Origin: Ostreococcus lucimarinus
Lineage: Eukaryota
Reading direction: 5' to 3' (one strand)
Assembly (NCBI GenBank): GCA_000092065.1
Contig: CP000585.1
Length of the DNA stretch: 64,000 nucleotides
Part shown: piece by piece, positions 39,195-47,980 of the stretch
Layout: each line of letters starts with the position of its first letter
How positions within the stretch are numbered: the stretch's first letter is position 1
Notes under the pieces: model-generated
The model's database searches: none
What the model saw: only the letters and a program-made list of their open reading frames with translations
What the model was told of the DNA's origin: nothing
Program-made: the position numbers and the translations under genes

Positions 39195-40301
39195 ATGCGA
39201 TCGTCGGCGTCGGCGTCGCGCGCGCCGCCGCGCGCGCGACGGCGCGCGCGCGCGCGGCGCGCGGCGCGCGATGGACGCGCCGCGACGCGTCGCGACGCCG
39301 GCGCGCGCGCGCTCGCGGACGTCGCGCGCGTCGTCGCGCTCGTCGGGACGCTCGGCGCGAGCGCGGCGGAACGGTTCGAGGCGCGCGCGCCGGACGACGG
39401 CGTCGCGAGCGCGGTGGCGAGCGCGGTGGCGCTCGTCGCGGGCGCGGCGGGGATGGCGATGAGCCTGGAGCGCGAGACGGACGCGCGCGAGGCGGCGCTC
39501 GCGGATAAAGTGCGCGCGCAGGCGGACGCGATGGCGGACGCGGCGTGGGAGAAGATCGAGGCGAGCGAGGCGAGCGCGGAGGCGGTGAGGCGCGACGTCG
39601 CCGCGCGAGGGGTGGCGCGAGTGAACGGAGTGATGCGGGAGGACACGGCGAGGGCGACGGAGGCGTACGTGCGCGAGACGCTGCGGACGAACGACGCGGG
39701 AGGGGATGGGAGGAATTTATCCGTGGAGTCGTTCGGGAACGTGTATTGCAAGAAGAATAGGTGGGATTTGAAACTCGCGTACGACGCGCCCGTGCGCGCG
39801 GCGCTGCGGGAGTGCGTGGCGTCGATGGGGGAAGCGCTGACGGCGGTGTGCGGCGCGGATGCGAAACTCGTCGAGCTCGCGGCGTTGGTGAGCGACCCGG
39901 GGTCGACGCGACAGCCGGTGCACCCGGACACGGCGTACAGGAGAGATCCCTCCGTGTTCACGTGCTTCGTGGCGCTGCAGGACGTCGAGCGAGACATGGG
40001 TCCGACGCTGTTCATCCCAGGAACGAACAACGCGCAGGCGCACGTCGAATTTAGGGAGGGTAACGAACGCGAAGGGCCAGTGTTTCGTCGACCGTACGAG
40101 CTCGGCGTCATCTCTCGCGGCGATGCGACTTTGTTTGATAGCAGAACGTTGCACTGCGGAACGGAAAACGACAGCTCGCGACGACGAGTGTTGTTTTACT
40201 TTTCGTTTCAACGAGCGGACGGCGACAATCCAAACGCCGCGATTAGCACGATTAGAACCGAGTTGCGTGACAAGTACACGCTCGCAGATTTATTGGCTTA
40301 A
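39195..40301 (+). CDS. Phytanoyl-CoA dioxygenase (PhyH)-family 2-oxoglutarate/Fe(II) oxygenase, paralog 1
   Basis: The HxD...H facial triad is in TRQPVHPDTAY...MGPTLFIPGTNN...H...DATLFDSRTLHCGTENDSSRRRVLFYFSF, typical of the PhyH family. The N-terminal roughly 90 aa are Arg/Ala-rich. The start codon is uncertain; an alternative M lies near 39458. Confidence 0.7.
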   Translation: MRSSASASRAPPRARRRARARRAARDGRAATRRDAGARALADVARVVALVGTLGASAAERFEARAPDDGVASAVASAVALVAGAAGMAMSLERETDAREAALADKVRAQADAMADAAWEKIEASEASAEAVRRDVAARGVARVNGVMREDTARATEAYVRETLRTNDAGGDGRNLSVESFGNVYCKKNRWDLKLAYDAPVRAALRECVASMGEALTAVCGADAKLVELAALVSDPGSTRQPVHPDTAYRRDPSVFTCFVALQDVERDMGPTLFIPGTNNAQAHVEFREGNEREGPVFRRPYELGVISRGDATLFDSRTLHCGTENDSSRRRVLFYFSFQRADGDNPNAAISTIRTELRDKYTLADLLA

Positions 40302-40306
40302 GATGT

Positions 40307-41401
40307 TTAATGATTATACGACGACGAATCCATGGACGCCATGCGTCCCGCCGTGAGGCGCATGTCGAAGACGTCGCTTCGTATGCTCCACTCCGCGCCC
40401 GCATTTCTACGCGTCGGGGCGTCAGGAATGGGAGGTTTCAAAAACGTCAGCGTCATCAACGCGCGACGCCCGTATTCGTTCGCACCGCCTTGGTGAAATG
40501 TGCGCGCATCGTACAACACGGCATCGCCTTTACGCAACTCGGCGTCGCAACACCTCGATTTGGCGAGTCGCGCAAACTGTTCTTCGTTCCACTTCGTCAC
40601 CGGAAACGCGTCGTGTGACGCCTTGTCTTGCGTGCCGAGCACAAAACACGTCGGTCCCATCTCCGGGATGACGTCTTGTAGCGCTATGAACAAAGAATAC
40701 AGCGGCGCGTGCGGCGCGTCGAACGCCACATCCGGATGCAAAACTTGTCTATCCGCCCCTCGTTCTGTCGCCAGCACGCTCATCTCCACCATCATCGCCT
40801 CCGCAGTTGCGTCTTCGACGTGCTCTAATATCGAATTCACCCCTCCTCGACCGCACGCTCGCAACAGCAAATCACGCGTGGCCCCATCGAATCCGAGCTT
40901 GACGTCGGTGCGCCGCAACGCGTCCCCGTACGTCGCCTTGACGGAATCACAAATCACGTTCAACTCCCCGAGCACCGCATCACACGCATCGTGCGGGACG
41001 ACATCTTTCAAAAATACCGCCCCATCGCGCTTCAACACCGCCGCGGCGTCGCGCGCGTCGTCATTCGTAATTATCCTTCGCGCCGCCGGCGCCGCCGCGA
41101 GCGCCCCGCCTCGCACCATCGCCTCGCGCTGCGCCGCGCTCTCCACTCTCAGGTACGTCGCGAGCGCGACTTCGGGCGATGAAGGTCCGAGTCCGTCGTC
41201 TTCACCGCCGTCCACGGCGTCGAGCGCCGGATCGACGACGGCGGTGACAAAGTCACTGATTCGTCTCCATACATTCGTCCGCGTCATCGTCCTATCGCGT
41301 CGCGACGTCGCGGCGCTCGTCGACGCGCGCCGCGACCGCGAGACGCGATCGCTCGACGCCGCGCGCGCGGCGACGGCTGGCGACGCGACGACGCGCGTCA
41401 T
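40307..41401 (-). CDS. Phytanoyl-CoA dioxygenase (PhyH)-family 2-oxoglutarate/Fe(II) oxygenase, paralog 2
   Basis: DRQVLHPDVAFD...MGPTCFVLGTQD...H...DAVLYDARTFHQGGANEYGRRALMTLTF is collinear with paralog 1 (same HPD...GPT...G(T)...LxDxRTxHxG...N motifs). It is convergent with paralog 1; the stops are 6 bp apart. Confidence 0.7.
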   Translation of the reverse strand: MTRVVASPAVAARAASSDRVSRSRRASTSAATSRRDRTMTRTNVWRRISDFVTAVVDPALDAVDGGEDDGLGPSSPEVALATYLRVESAAQREAMVRGGALAAAPAARRIITNDDARDAAAVLKRDGAVFLKDVVPHDACDAVLGELNVICDSVKATYGDALRRTDVKLGFDGATRDLLLRACGRGGVNSILEHVEDATAEAMMVEMSVLATERGADRQVLHPDVAFDAPHAPLYSLFIALQDVIPEMGPTCFVLGTQDKASHDAFPVTKWNEEQFARLAKSRCCDAELRKGDAVLYDARTFHQGGANEYGRRALMTLTFLKPPIPDAPTRRNAGAEWSIRSDVFDMRLTAGRMASMDSSSYNH

Positions 41402-41504
41402 GACGACCGCGAAGTGACGTCAAAAAGTGTCACTTTTTGCGCATAAAAACTCCGCGTCACACGCGCGCGCGAGCGACCGCGGCGACCGCCGAGACGACGC
41501 GGTG

Positions 41505-42977
41505 ATGACGTCCAAACCCGCGTCTTCGAAGTCCGCGGGGAAGCGCGCGGCGGAAGCGCGCGGGCGCGACGCGGGCGGCGGCGGCGGCGGCGCCTTTGCG
41601 AAGTGGCTTCGGGACAACAAAGTTGAGCTCGACGGCGTGGAGGTGGCGCGATTCGCGCGCACGGGGCGCGGCGTGCGAGCGACGCGTGATTTGCGCGTCG
41701 GTGAAGTCGTCGTGAGCGTTCCGGACGATGCCGTGCTCACGGTGGATGCGTGCGCGGTGAAGAAGGAATTGGGGGAGTTCGTCGGCGACGGGGACGACGA
41801 GGCGCCGTCGCCGCGGCTGGATAAAGAGCTGTTGGTCATCGCGGTGATGTGCGAGATGTGCGCGGGTAAGTCGAGCGCGTGGTGTGAGTATTTGGAGACC
41901 GTGCACGAGGCCGTGCGCGTCGGACACTCCGTGTTGGCGTGGGACGACGAACAGGTGACGGCGCTCTTCGGCACGGACGCGTGGCGAGACGCGTACGAAA
42001 ACGACGACGAGACGCTCGACCTTCCGATGATGACGGAGGAGCATTTTGAAAACGTTGTTACACTGTTTTTCAAGCTCTTTCCAAAACTGGCGAGCGGACT
42101 TTCTGTGGAAGCGCTGCGCGAACTTCATTTCGCGGCGACGGCGATGGTGGCGGGGTACTCGTTCACCCTTGGCGACGACGAGATTCAGGCCATGGTTCCG
42201 TTCTGGGACATGCTCAATCACGCGCCACCGTGCGAGGCTTCGGTGCGGCTGCATCACGATCAAAAGAATGGATGCTTGCAAATGATTACCGTGCGTGGAG
42301 TGAAGAAGGGCGAGGAAGTGTTCAACACGTACGGGCCGCTGCGAAACGCCGAGCTGTTGCGACGATACGGCTTCGTTTTGCCGCGGAACCCGCACGGTGG
42401 TACCACGGTAGGCTTGGCCGAGGTGATTCAGGCTGCCATGGGGGCAAATCCGCTCGTTGTGGACGAGCTGCCGCTTCGTTTAGCATGGCTCGAGTCTCGC
42501 GGTTTGGCGGACGAGGAGCTCAGCACGAGATTCTTCGTGCACCGGACTGGACGCCCGAGCGATAAACTTTTAATCGCGATGCGTTTGCTCACGCTTAAGC
42601 CGGAAGAGATGACGGCGCTCATAGAAGCCGACTTTGATGACGAAGAGCAGTTGATGCTTTTAGAAGGAAACGATGAAGAACGAACAGAGCAGTCATACAT
42701 GGTCGGCGCGTCGTTGCAATTTTTGGGCATGTATGCCAAATCGCGTTACGCCGAGTCCATGAAGGCGTCTCGTTTGACGTATAAAATGTACGCCAGTGTG
42801 TCGCCGCATGTGCAGAAGCATGAGAGTATCTATCGTGCGTGGGCCGCCGCTGTGGTGCGCATGGATGAGCAGCGTGCGTTGACGAAGCTTGGACGATGGA
42901 CGTACCACCCCGGACGATCCGAAGACGCGCTTTTGCACGCGTGGCCGTTTCCCGTGGCAGACGAAGAGGGGAGGTAG
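41505..42977 (+). CDS. SET-domain protein-lysine N-methyltransferase (Rubisco-LSMT/SETD6-like, with a C-terminal substrate-binding region)
   Basis: The start is at MTSKPASS. The SET region has the NH motif in ...VPFWDMLNHAPPCEASVRLHHDQKNGCLQMITVRGVKKGEEVFNTYGPLRNAELLRRYGFV (NHxxxx...ELxxxYG). A helical 'Rubis-subs-bind'-like domain follows. Confidence 0.7.
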   Translation: MTSKPASSKSAGKRAAEARGRDAGGGGGGAFAKWLRDNKVELDGVEVARFARTGRGVRATRDLRVGEVVVSVPDDAVLTVDACAVKKELGEFVGDGDDEAPSPRLDKELLVIAVMCEMCAGKSSAWCEYLETVHEAVRVGHSVLAWDDEQVTALFGTDAWRDAYENDDETLDLPMMTEEHFENVVTLFFKLFPKLASGLSVEALRELHFAATAMVAGYSFTLGDDEIQAMVPFWDMLNHAPPCEASVRLHHDQKNGCLQMITVRGVKKGEEVFNTYGPLRNAELLRRYGFVLPRNPHGGTTVGLAEVIQAAMGANPLVVDELPLRLAWLESRGLADEELSTRFFVHRTGRPSDKLLIAMRLLTLKPEEMTALIEADFDDEEQLMLLEGNDEERTEQSYMVGASLQFLGMYAKSRYAESMKASRLTYKMYASVSPHVQKHESIYRAWAAAVVRMDEQRALTKLGRWTYHPGRSEDALLHAWPFPVADEEGR

Positions 42978-42981
42978 TAGT

Positions 42982-43659
42982 CTATTGTTGTTTATCATCA
43001 CATCGATCGTCCAGTCGCATTCCTTGCGGAACGTTGTGTCCTCCGGGCGGAGTGCAATCGATAAAGGCGCCGGCGTCGCCGAATTCGCCCGCGCGATCGG
43101 CGACCCAGATTCTATCGATTGCCTCGGCGTTTATCAGCCCGTGCACGCGCACGCGATCACCAGTATCCGACGTAGACCCCCATCGATCGTGCGCGAGCAC
43201 CTTTTCGTCCGGCGCCGCGCTCGGTTCGTCTTCGTCCTCCACCACGGTGATGTCTGACACGTCGGTCAACTTGGCACCGTCAATCTGTATGACGTAATAC
43301 ATCCCTTTCTTCCGCCGCAGGCGCGCGTTTGCGTGCAGCTGCAAAGATCGCAGATTCGTAAACGCGTCGATGTGTCCTAACAAGTGAAAGTCCTCGCTCG
43401 CAAACATCCGCGTCCTCGATTTCGATTGCCCAGCGGCGTCCTCACCGCCTCCGTCGCTCGTCGCCGTCAGCGGCAGCTGCGCGTTGAACCTCTGCGCCTC
43501 GCACAAAACGTACAGATGACACTCCCCGTCCGTGACTTGAGACGGCGTCTTGTACACTCCTCGAAACTTGATGCGTTTCGCGCGACGAAACAACTCATCG
43601 TTCGGCAGCCCAACCTGCGCGGCGCGCGGCGAGTCGAAATCGAATCGCGTCAGTCGCAC
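42982..43659 (-). CDS. Hypothetical protein (possible OB-fold protein)
   Basis: This 225-aa ORF has G/C-rich third codon positions. It is tightly packed between the SET gene stop (42977) and the next gene. I recognise no family. Confidence 0.35.
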   Translation of the reverse strand: MRLTRFDFDSPRAAQVGLPNDELFRRAKRIKFRGVYKTPSQVTDGECHLYVLCEAQRFNAQLPLTATSDGGGEDAAGQSKSRTRMFASEDFHLLGHIDAFTNLRSLQLHANARLRRKKGMYYVIQIDGAKLTDVSDITVVEDEDEPSAAPDEKVLAHDRWGSTSDTGDRVRVHGLINAEAIDRIWVADRAGEFGDAGAFIDCTPPGGHNVPQGMRLDDRCDDKQQ

Positions 43660-43925
43660 CGACGCCGCGCGCGCGTCGCGATCGAACGAACGCGCGCACG
43701 CATCGCACGCACCACGCTCGCATCCGTCAAGCTCTGCATCCCGGCCTCGCGCGAGCCCGCGTCGTCGCGCTTCACACTGACGTCGCGTCGTGCGTCGTGC
43801 GTTTTATCGAGCGTTTTTTCCCCGCCGCATCCTCTTTTCTTTCGGGTCGACGCGGCGTCGGTGCGTGGTGTTCGTAGTCGTGTTGAATCCACGCGTATCT
43901 GTCTATTACGTGCACATCGCTAGAG

Positions 43926-44561
43926 CTATCCCACCATTTTCAAGCACCGCGTCTCCGCGTGCACGGCGGAGCACTTTTTCGAGCAAAAGCGCATCCCGCA
44001 GCGAGCGCAGCCGTACGGCGCTTGAAACCCGCACACGCTACAAAACTTCCTCGGCGCGCCCGCCTTCGACGGTCCCGCCGCGGCGGTGAGATACGTCGGC
44101 GTACCCTCAGGCGCGCGATCGATGAAGCTCTGCTCGAGCAGGGCGTTGAAGGTGCGCGCCGCCACCGCCCGTCTGTTCTCCGCCACGCCTCGCGTCGTGC
44201 GTTTGCCCGCCTTCTTTTTTCCTTTCACGATCACCGCCTCCCCATCGCGTGCGTTTTCGTTGAACACGAATTCATCGTCGTCTTCGTCTTCCCCCTCGCC
44301 CTCGCCGGTGGTGCCGGGAACGATGGCGACGTCGGATTCGAACGAGTCCAAGCGCGCCGCCGCCACCTCGGCGCGCGTCGCCGCGTCCACCCTTCGCAGC
44401 GCCTTACTGATCTTCCGCGCCCGTCCGCTCTTTCGCGCCCCGTCCGCGGACGCGCCACCGAGCGCGCCACCCGCGCTCGCGCCCGCGCTCGCGTTCGACG
44501 CGCTCGCGACGCCGAACCGCGACGACGCGAGTTCGGGGGTGACGTCTTGTACGAAATCCAT
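43926..44561 (-). CDS. Zinc-finger HIT domain-containing protein
   Basis: The start is at MDFVQDV. The C-terminus (KFCSVCGFQAPYGCARCGMRFCSKKCSAVHAETRC) fits the zf-HIT consensus C-x2-C-x(8-12)-C-x2-C-x(4)-C-x2-C...H...C. Confidence 0.6.
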   Translation of the reverse strand: MDFVQDVTPELASSRFGVASASNASAGASAGGALGGASADGARKSGRARKISKALRRVDAATRAEVAAARLDSFESDVAIVPGTTGEGEGEDEDDDEFVFNENARDGEAVIVKGKKKAGKRTTRGVAENRRAVAARTFNALLEQSFIDRAPEGTPTYLTAAAGPSKAGAPRKFCSVCGFQAPYGCARCGMRFCSKKCSAVHAETRCLKMVG

Positions 44562-44921
44562 GACGGCGGAAACGACGCTTTCACCGCGTCGCTCGGCGCG
44601 CGCGAGACGACGATCGACGTTTGACACGCCTGATGGCGTTTGAGACGCCCGACGCCGAGTCGCGACGACGCGCGCGCGCGAGATGCGGCGCGAACTGCGG
44701 CGCGTCTCGCGCGCGACTTCGACCAAACCTCGAGCGCGCGACGCCGACGGCGAGGATTCGATTCGAAACTTTACTGCGTACACATCGATTAAAACGAGGC
44801 CTAGGCGATCGTCACTAATTGTTCAAAATTTATTTCCCTCGTTCGCCGAACCCGCGCGGCGTCGACGTCGATCGTCGCGTCGCCGACGTCGCGCGTCGGC
44901 GCGAAGAATGCTTCAATTCGC

Positions 44922-45392
44922 TCACTTGTCCTTATTCTTCTTATCCTTTTTGTGCGACTTGTCCTTCTTGTGCTTGTCCTTCATCGCCGGGGGCGTGGAC
45001 ACCGGGTTCAGCGACCCACCGCCCTGCAGGCTTCCCTGCGTCCTCGACTTTTTCTCTCTCCAGCGTCGCGCGCACTCCGTGAACACCTCCTTCGGGCTCA
45101 GGTCTCCTCGCTCCACCCGCACGCGTTGCACCTCATCCTTCATGAACATGTTGAACGCCGTCGGCGCGCGCGGCGGTTTCAATTCGCGCTTCTGCGCCTT
45201 CGTCAGCCGCTTTCCCTCGCTGTCCATCCCGCGTCCGCGCTTCACGAGCGTCGATTCGTTCGGAATCTTTGCGAATTTCGACAGCATTCCCGACGCTTCG
45301 TGCGCCGCCTCCGCCATCTTCGCGAACGCCGGCGCCAATCGTTTCGCCAGCTCCATCGCCGTCATCTCCTCGTCCCGCTCGTCGTCCGACAT
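44922..45392 (-). CDS. HMG-box DNA-binding protein with a Lys-rich C-terminal tail
   Basis: The start is at MSDDERDEE. The HMG box is PPRAPTAFNMFMKDEVQRVRVERGDLSPKEVFTECARRWRE (P.rP.saf..F..e.r.......E....l...W). The tail is KDKHKKDKSHKKDKKNKDK. Confidence 0.7.
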   Translation of the reverse strand: MSDDERDEEMTAMELAKRLAPAFAKMAEAAHEASGMLSKFAKIPNESTLVKRGRGMDSEGKRLTKAQKRELKPPRAPTAFNMFMKDEVQRVRVERGDLSPKEVFTECARRWREKKSRTQGSLQGGGSLNPVSTPPAMKDKHKKDKSHKKDKKNKDK

Positions 45393-45723
45393 CGCCTTGC
45401 GCGCGCGGTCGTCCGCGTGTGTCGTCGTCGCGCGATTCGAATTCGAATTCAAACGGGCGCGCGCGGGCGGTCGACGAGTGAGACTGAATCTCACACACGG
45501 AGTCGTATGTATTTTAAGACTGAATCTCACACACGGATATCGGACGCGATCGCTCGATCGATGGAAGACTGCGCGACGCGCGCGCACACGGCGACGCTCG
45601 GCGACGCCGCGCGACGGACGACGCGACGTGAAGCGACGCGACACGCGCGGTTTTCGACGCGAGCGTTCGGTGAATTAAAGCGACGTAAAAAGTAACGCAA
45701 TCGACGCGCGTCGCGATCGAAGG

Positions 45724-46905
45724 ATGACGACGACGCGCGGGATGACGATGCGAGCGCATCACGCGCGCGCGACGGTGACGACGACGAAGAGAGGGCGATG
45801 CGAGCGACGCGATAGGGCGCGAACGACGCCGCGGGCGCGGATTTATGAAAATATTCTCGAGACGGTCGGGGACACGCCGGTGATCAAGGTCAACCGACTG
45901 GCGCCGGCGGGGATCGATATGTACGTCAAGTGCGAGTATTTTAATCCGTTGAGCAGCGTGAAGGATCGATTGGCGGTGGCGGTGATCACGGATGCCGAAC
46001 GACGGGGGTTGTTGAAGCCGGGGGATACGGTGGTGGAGGCGACTTCGGGCAACACCGGGATCGCGGTGGCAATGGCGTGCGCTCAACGCGGCTACAGATG
46101 CGTCATCTGCATGGCCGAGCCGTTTTCTGTGGAACGTCGGAAGATCATGCGCATGCTCGGCGCGAAAGTCATCGTGACGCCGAAGGGGGGTAAAGGTACG
46201 GGGATGGTGGCCAAGGCGGAGGAATTGGCGGAAAAGAATGGTTGGTTTTTGTGCCGACAATTCGAGAACGAAGCCAATCCCGCGTACCACGCCTCGACTA
46301 CGGGGCCGGAAATCTTGCGAGACTTCGCGGGTAAGAAGCTCGACTATTTCGTCACCGGTTACGGCACCGGCGGTACGTTCCAGGGCGTCGCGCGAACGCT
46401 CAAGGAATCTCGTCCGGACACCAAGGTGATTTTGCTCGAACCCGAAGCCGCGGCGTTGGTGACTTCCGGCATCAAGACCGAGCGTAAGCCCACGGGCGCC
46501 CCGAATGGGTCTCATCCGGCGTTCGCGGCGCACCCTGTGCAAGGTTGGACGCCCGATTTCATCCCTTTGGTTCTCGAAAATGGTTTGAACATGAACCTCT
46601 ACGACGAACTCGTGAAGATCGAAGGCGGCGACGCCGTCAAGACGGCGCAAGCGTTGGCGAGAAGCGAAGGTATCTTCACCGGTATTTCTGGTGGCGCCAC
46701 GTTCGCCGGTGCGCTCAAGGTTGCCGAAAAGGCGCCGAAGGGCTCGGTGATCTTGGCGATGTTGCCGGATACGTCTGAGCGTTACATGAGCACGCCACTT
46801 TACGACTCGATCGAGGCGGACATGAACGAGGAAGAGCTCGAGATCGCGAAGTCGACGCCGTCTTTCCAACTTATCCCGGGCCAAGAACCGACGCTGCAAA
46901 TGTAA
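45724..46905 (+). CDS. Cysteine synthase / O-acetylserine (thiol)-lyase (PLP-dependent), organelle-targeted
   Basis: There is a true ATG. IYENILETVGDTPVIKVNRL...YVKCEYFNPLSSVKDRLAVAVI (PLP-lysine motif SSVKDR)...EATSGNTGIAVAMACAQRGYRCVICM... matches CysK along the full length. The N-terminus is an Arg/Thr-rich presequence. Confidence 0.85.
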   Translation: MTTTRGMTMRAHHARATVTTTKRGRCERRDRARTTPRARIYENILETVGDTPVIKVNRLAPAGIDMYVKCEYFNPLSSVKDRLAVAVITDAERRGLLKPGDTVVEATSGNTGIAVAMACAQRGYRCVICMAEPFSVERRKIMRMLGAKVIVTPKGGKGTGMVAKAEELAEKNGWFLCRQFENEANPAYHASTTGPEILRDFAGKKLDYFVTGYGTGGTFQGVARTLKESRPDTKVILLEPEAAALVTSGIKTERKPTGAPNGSHPAFAAHPVQGWTPDFIPLVLENGLNMNLYDELVKIEGGDAVKTAQALARSEGIFTGISGGATFAGALKVAEKAPKGSVILAMLPDTSERYMSTPLYDSIEADMNEEELEIAKSTPSFQLIPGQEPTLQM

Positions 46906-47046
46906 GGCGCTCGCGAAAGCCGTGTGACGCAAGTTTTTTGAAGTTTAATAAAGTCAAATCAAGTTTCATAAAGTCGTCATCCAATAACAAAAATCTCGGC
47001 TAATGATCTGCGGCGTTGCGTGCGATAAAATCCGTGCTAATCGATC

Positions 47047-47892
47047 TCAAGGTGGCGACGAATCCGCGTCGTCGGCGTCTCTTCGTTCCTCCGCCCTCTT
47101 TTTCGCCTTTCTCCGCACTCTCGCCGTCCAAATGGTATCGCCCATCCCCGCCTCCGCTCGCGTCAAGCTCTCCTCTCTCTCCTTCGCCTTTTCCCAAATC
47201 AACCTCAACGTATCCGCCCTCTGCTGCAACTCCACGCGCCATAATAAACTCCCTATGATCATCACGCACGCATCGCTCAGCGCGCTCGCCACGGGCGACT
47301 CAAAACTCCCCGGCTCCATCGCAATCATCACCGCCTGCGCCGCCGCCGCGCTCGCGCTCAGCGCGTACACCACCAACCTCGGCCGTCTCAGCGGCGACGA
47401 CTTCCGCTCCGCCTCTATGATCGCTTGTGGCACGAATTCAGCGCCGACGACTCGTTCGAGTCGAGTTCCACTCTCGCTCGCGTCTCGCAGCGCCTCGACG
47501 CTGAAGATTTCCCGCAGCGGCGACGACGACGTATCGACGAGCAATTCCTTCCGCTTCGCGTCCACGTCGGGGTCGTCGTCCCACGCACCGTCGTCCCACG
47601 CATCGTCTTTGCTCTCGTCGTCGTCCGCCTCGCGCGCGCGCGCGCGCGCGCTCGCGCCGCGTTCAATGCTTTCGTCACGCGCGACAGCCCCACCGACGGC
47701 GCCGACGCGCGAGCGCGCCGACGCGCGCGCGACCCGCGGCGCGCGACGACGCGTCGACGGTGCGGATGCCGACGTTGTCGTCGCGCGGTGCGGCGAAATC
47801 GCGCGCATCGCACCGCGCGCGACGAACTGACGACGTCGCGCGCGAGGGTTGGTCCCTCGAGCGAGCGTCGCCGCTCGAGGTCGCGCGTCCAT
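47047..47892 (-). CDS. Hypothetical membrane protein
   Basis: This is a 281-aa ORF. The N-terminus is an Arg/Ala/Ser-rich presequence-like region. There is an acidic stretch (WDDGAWDDDPDVD) and two hydrophobic segments (LVVYALSASAAAAQAVMIAM, ALSDACVMIIGSLLW). Third codon positions are strongly G/C on this strand, unlike the overlapping + strand ORF. Confidence 0.35.
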   Translation of the reverse strand: MDARPRAATLARGTNPRARRRQFVARGAMRAISPHRATTTSASAPSTRRRAPRVARASARSRVGAVGGAVARDESIERGASARARAREADDDESKDDAWDDGAWDDDPDVDAKRKELLVDTSSSPLREIFSVEALRDASESGTRLERVVGAEFVPQAIIEAERKSSPLRRPRLVVYALSASAAAAQAVMIAMEPGSFESPVASALSDACVMIIGSLLWRVELQQRADTLRLIWEKAKEREESLTRAEAGMGDTIWTARVRRKAKKRAEERRDADDADSSPP

Positions 47893-47980
47893 CGTCGTTC
47901 GTCGGCGAACGTCGTCGGCGCGCGGACGCGATCGTCGCGCGCGGAGGGAAATCGGGAATTGTGTTACAGCGAGGCGCGCG

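Noticed and set aside
42982-43659. Tentative assignment of the 225-aa protein as a metallophosphoesterase/Vps29-like or OB-fold protein
   Set aside because: The order of candidate motifs (GD..., GNH...) does not match the calcineurin-like phosphoesterase consensus. I kept it as hypothetical.
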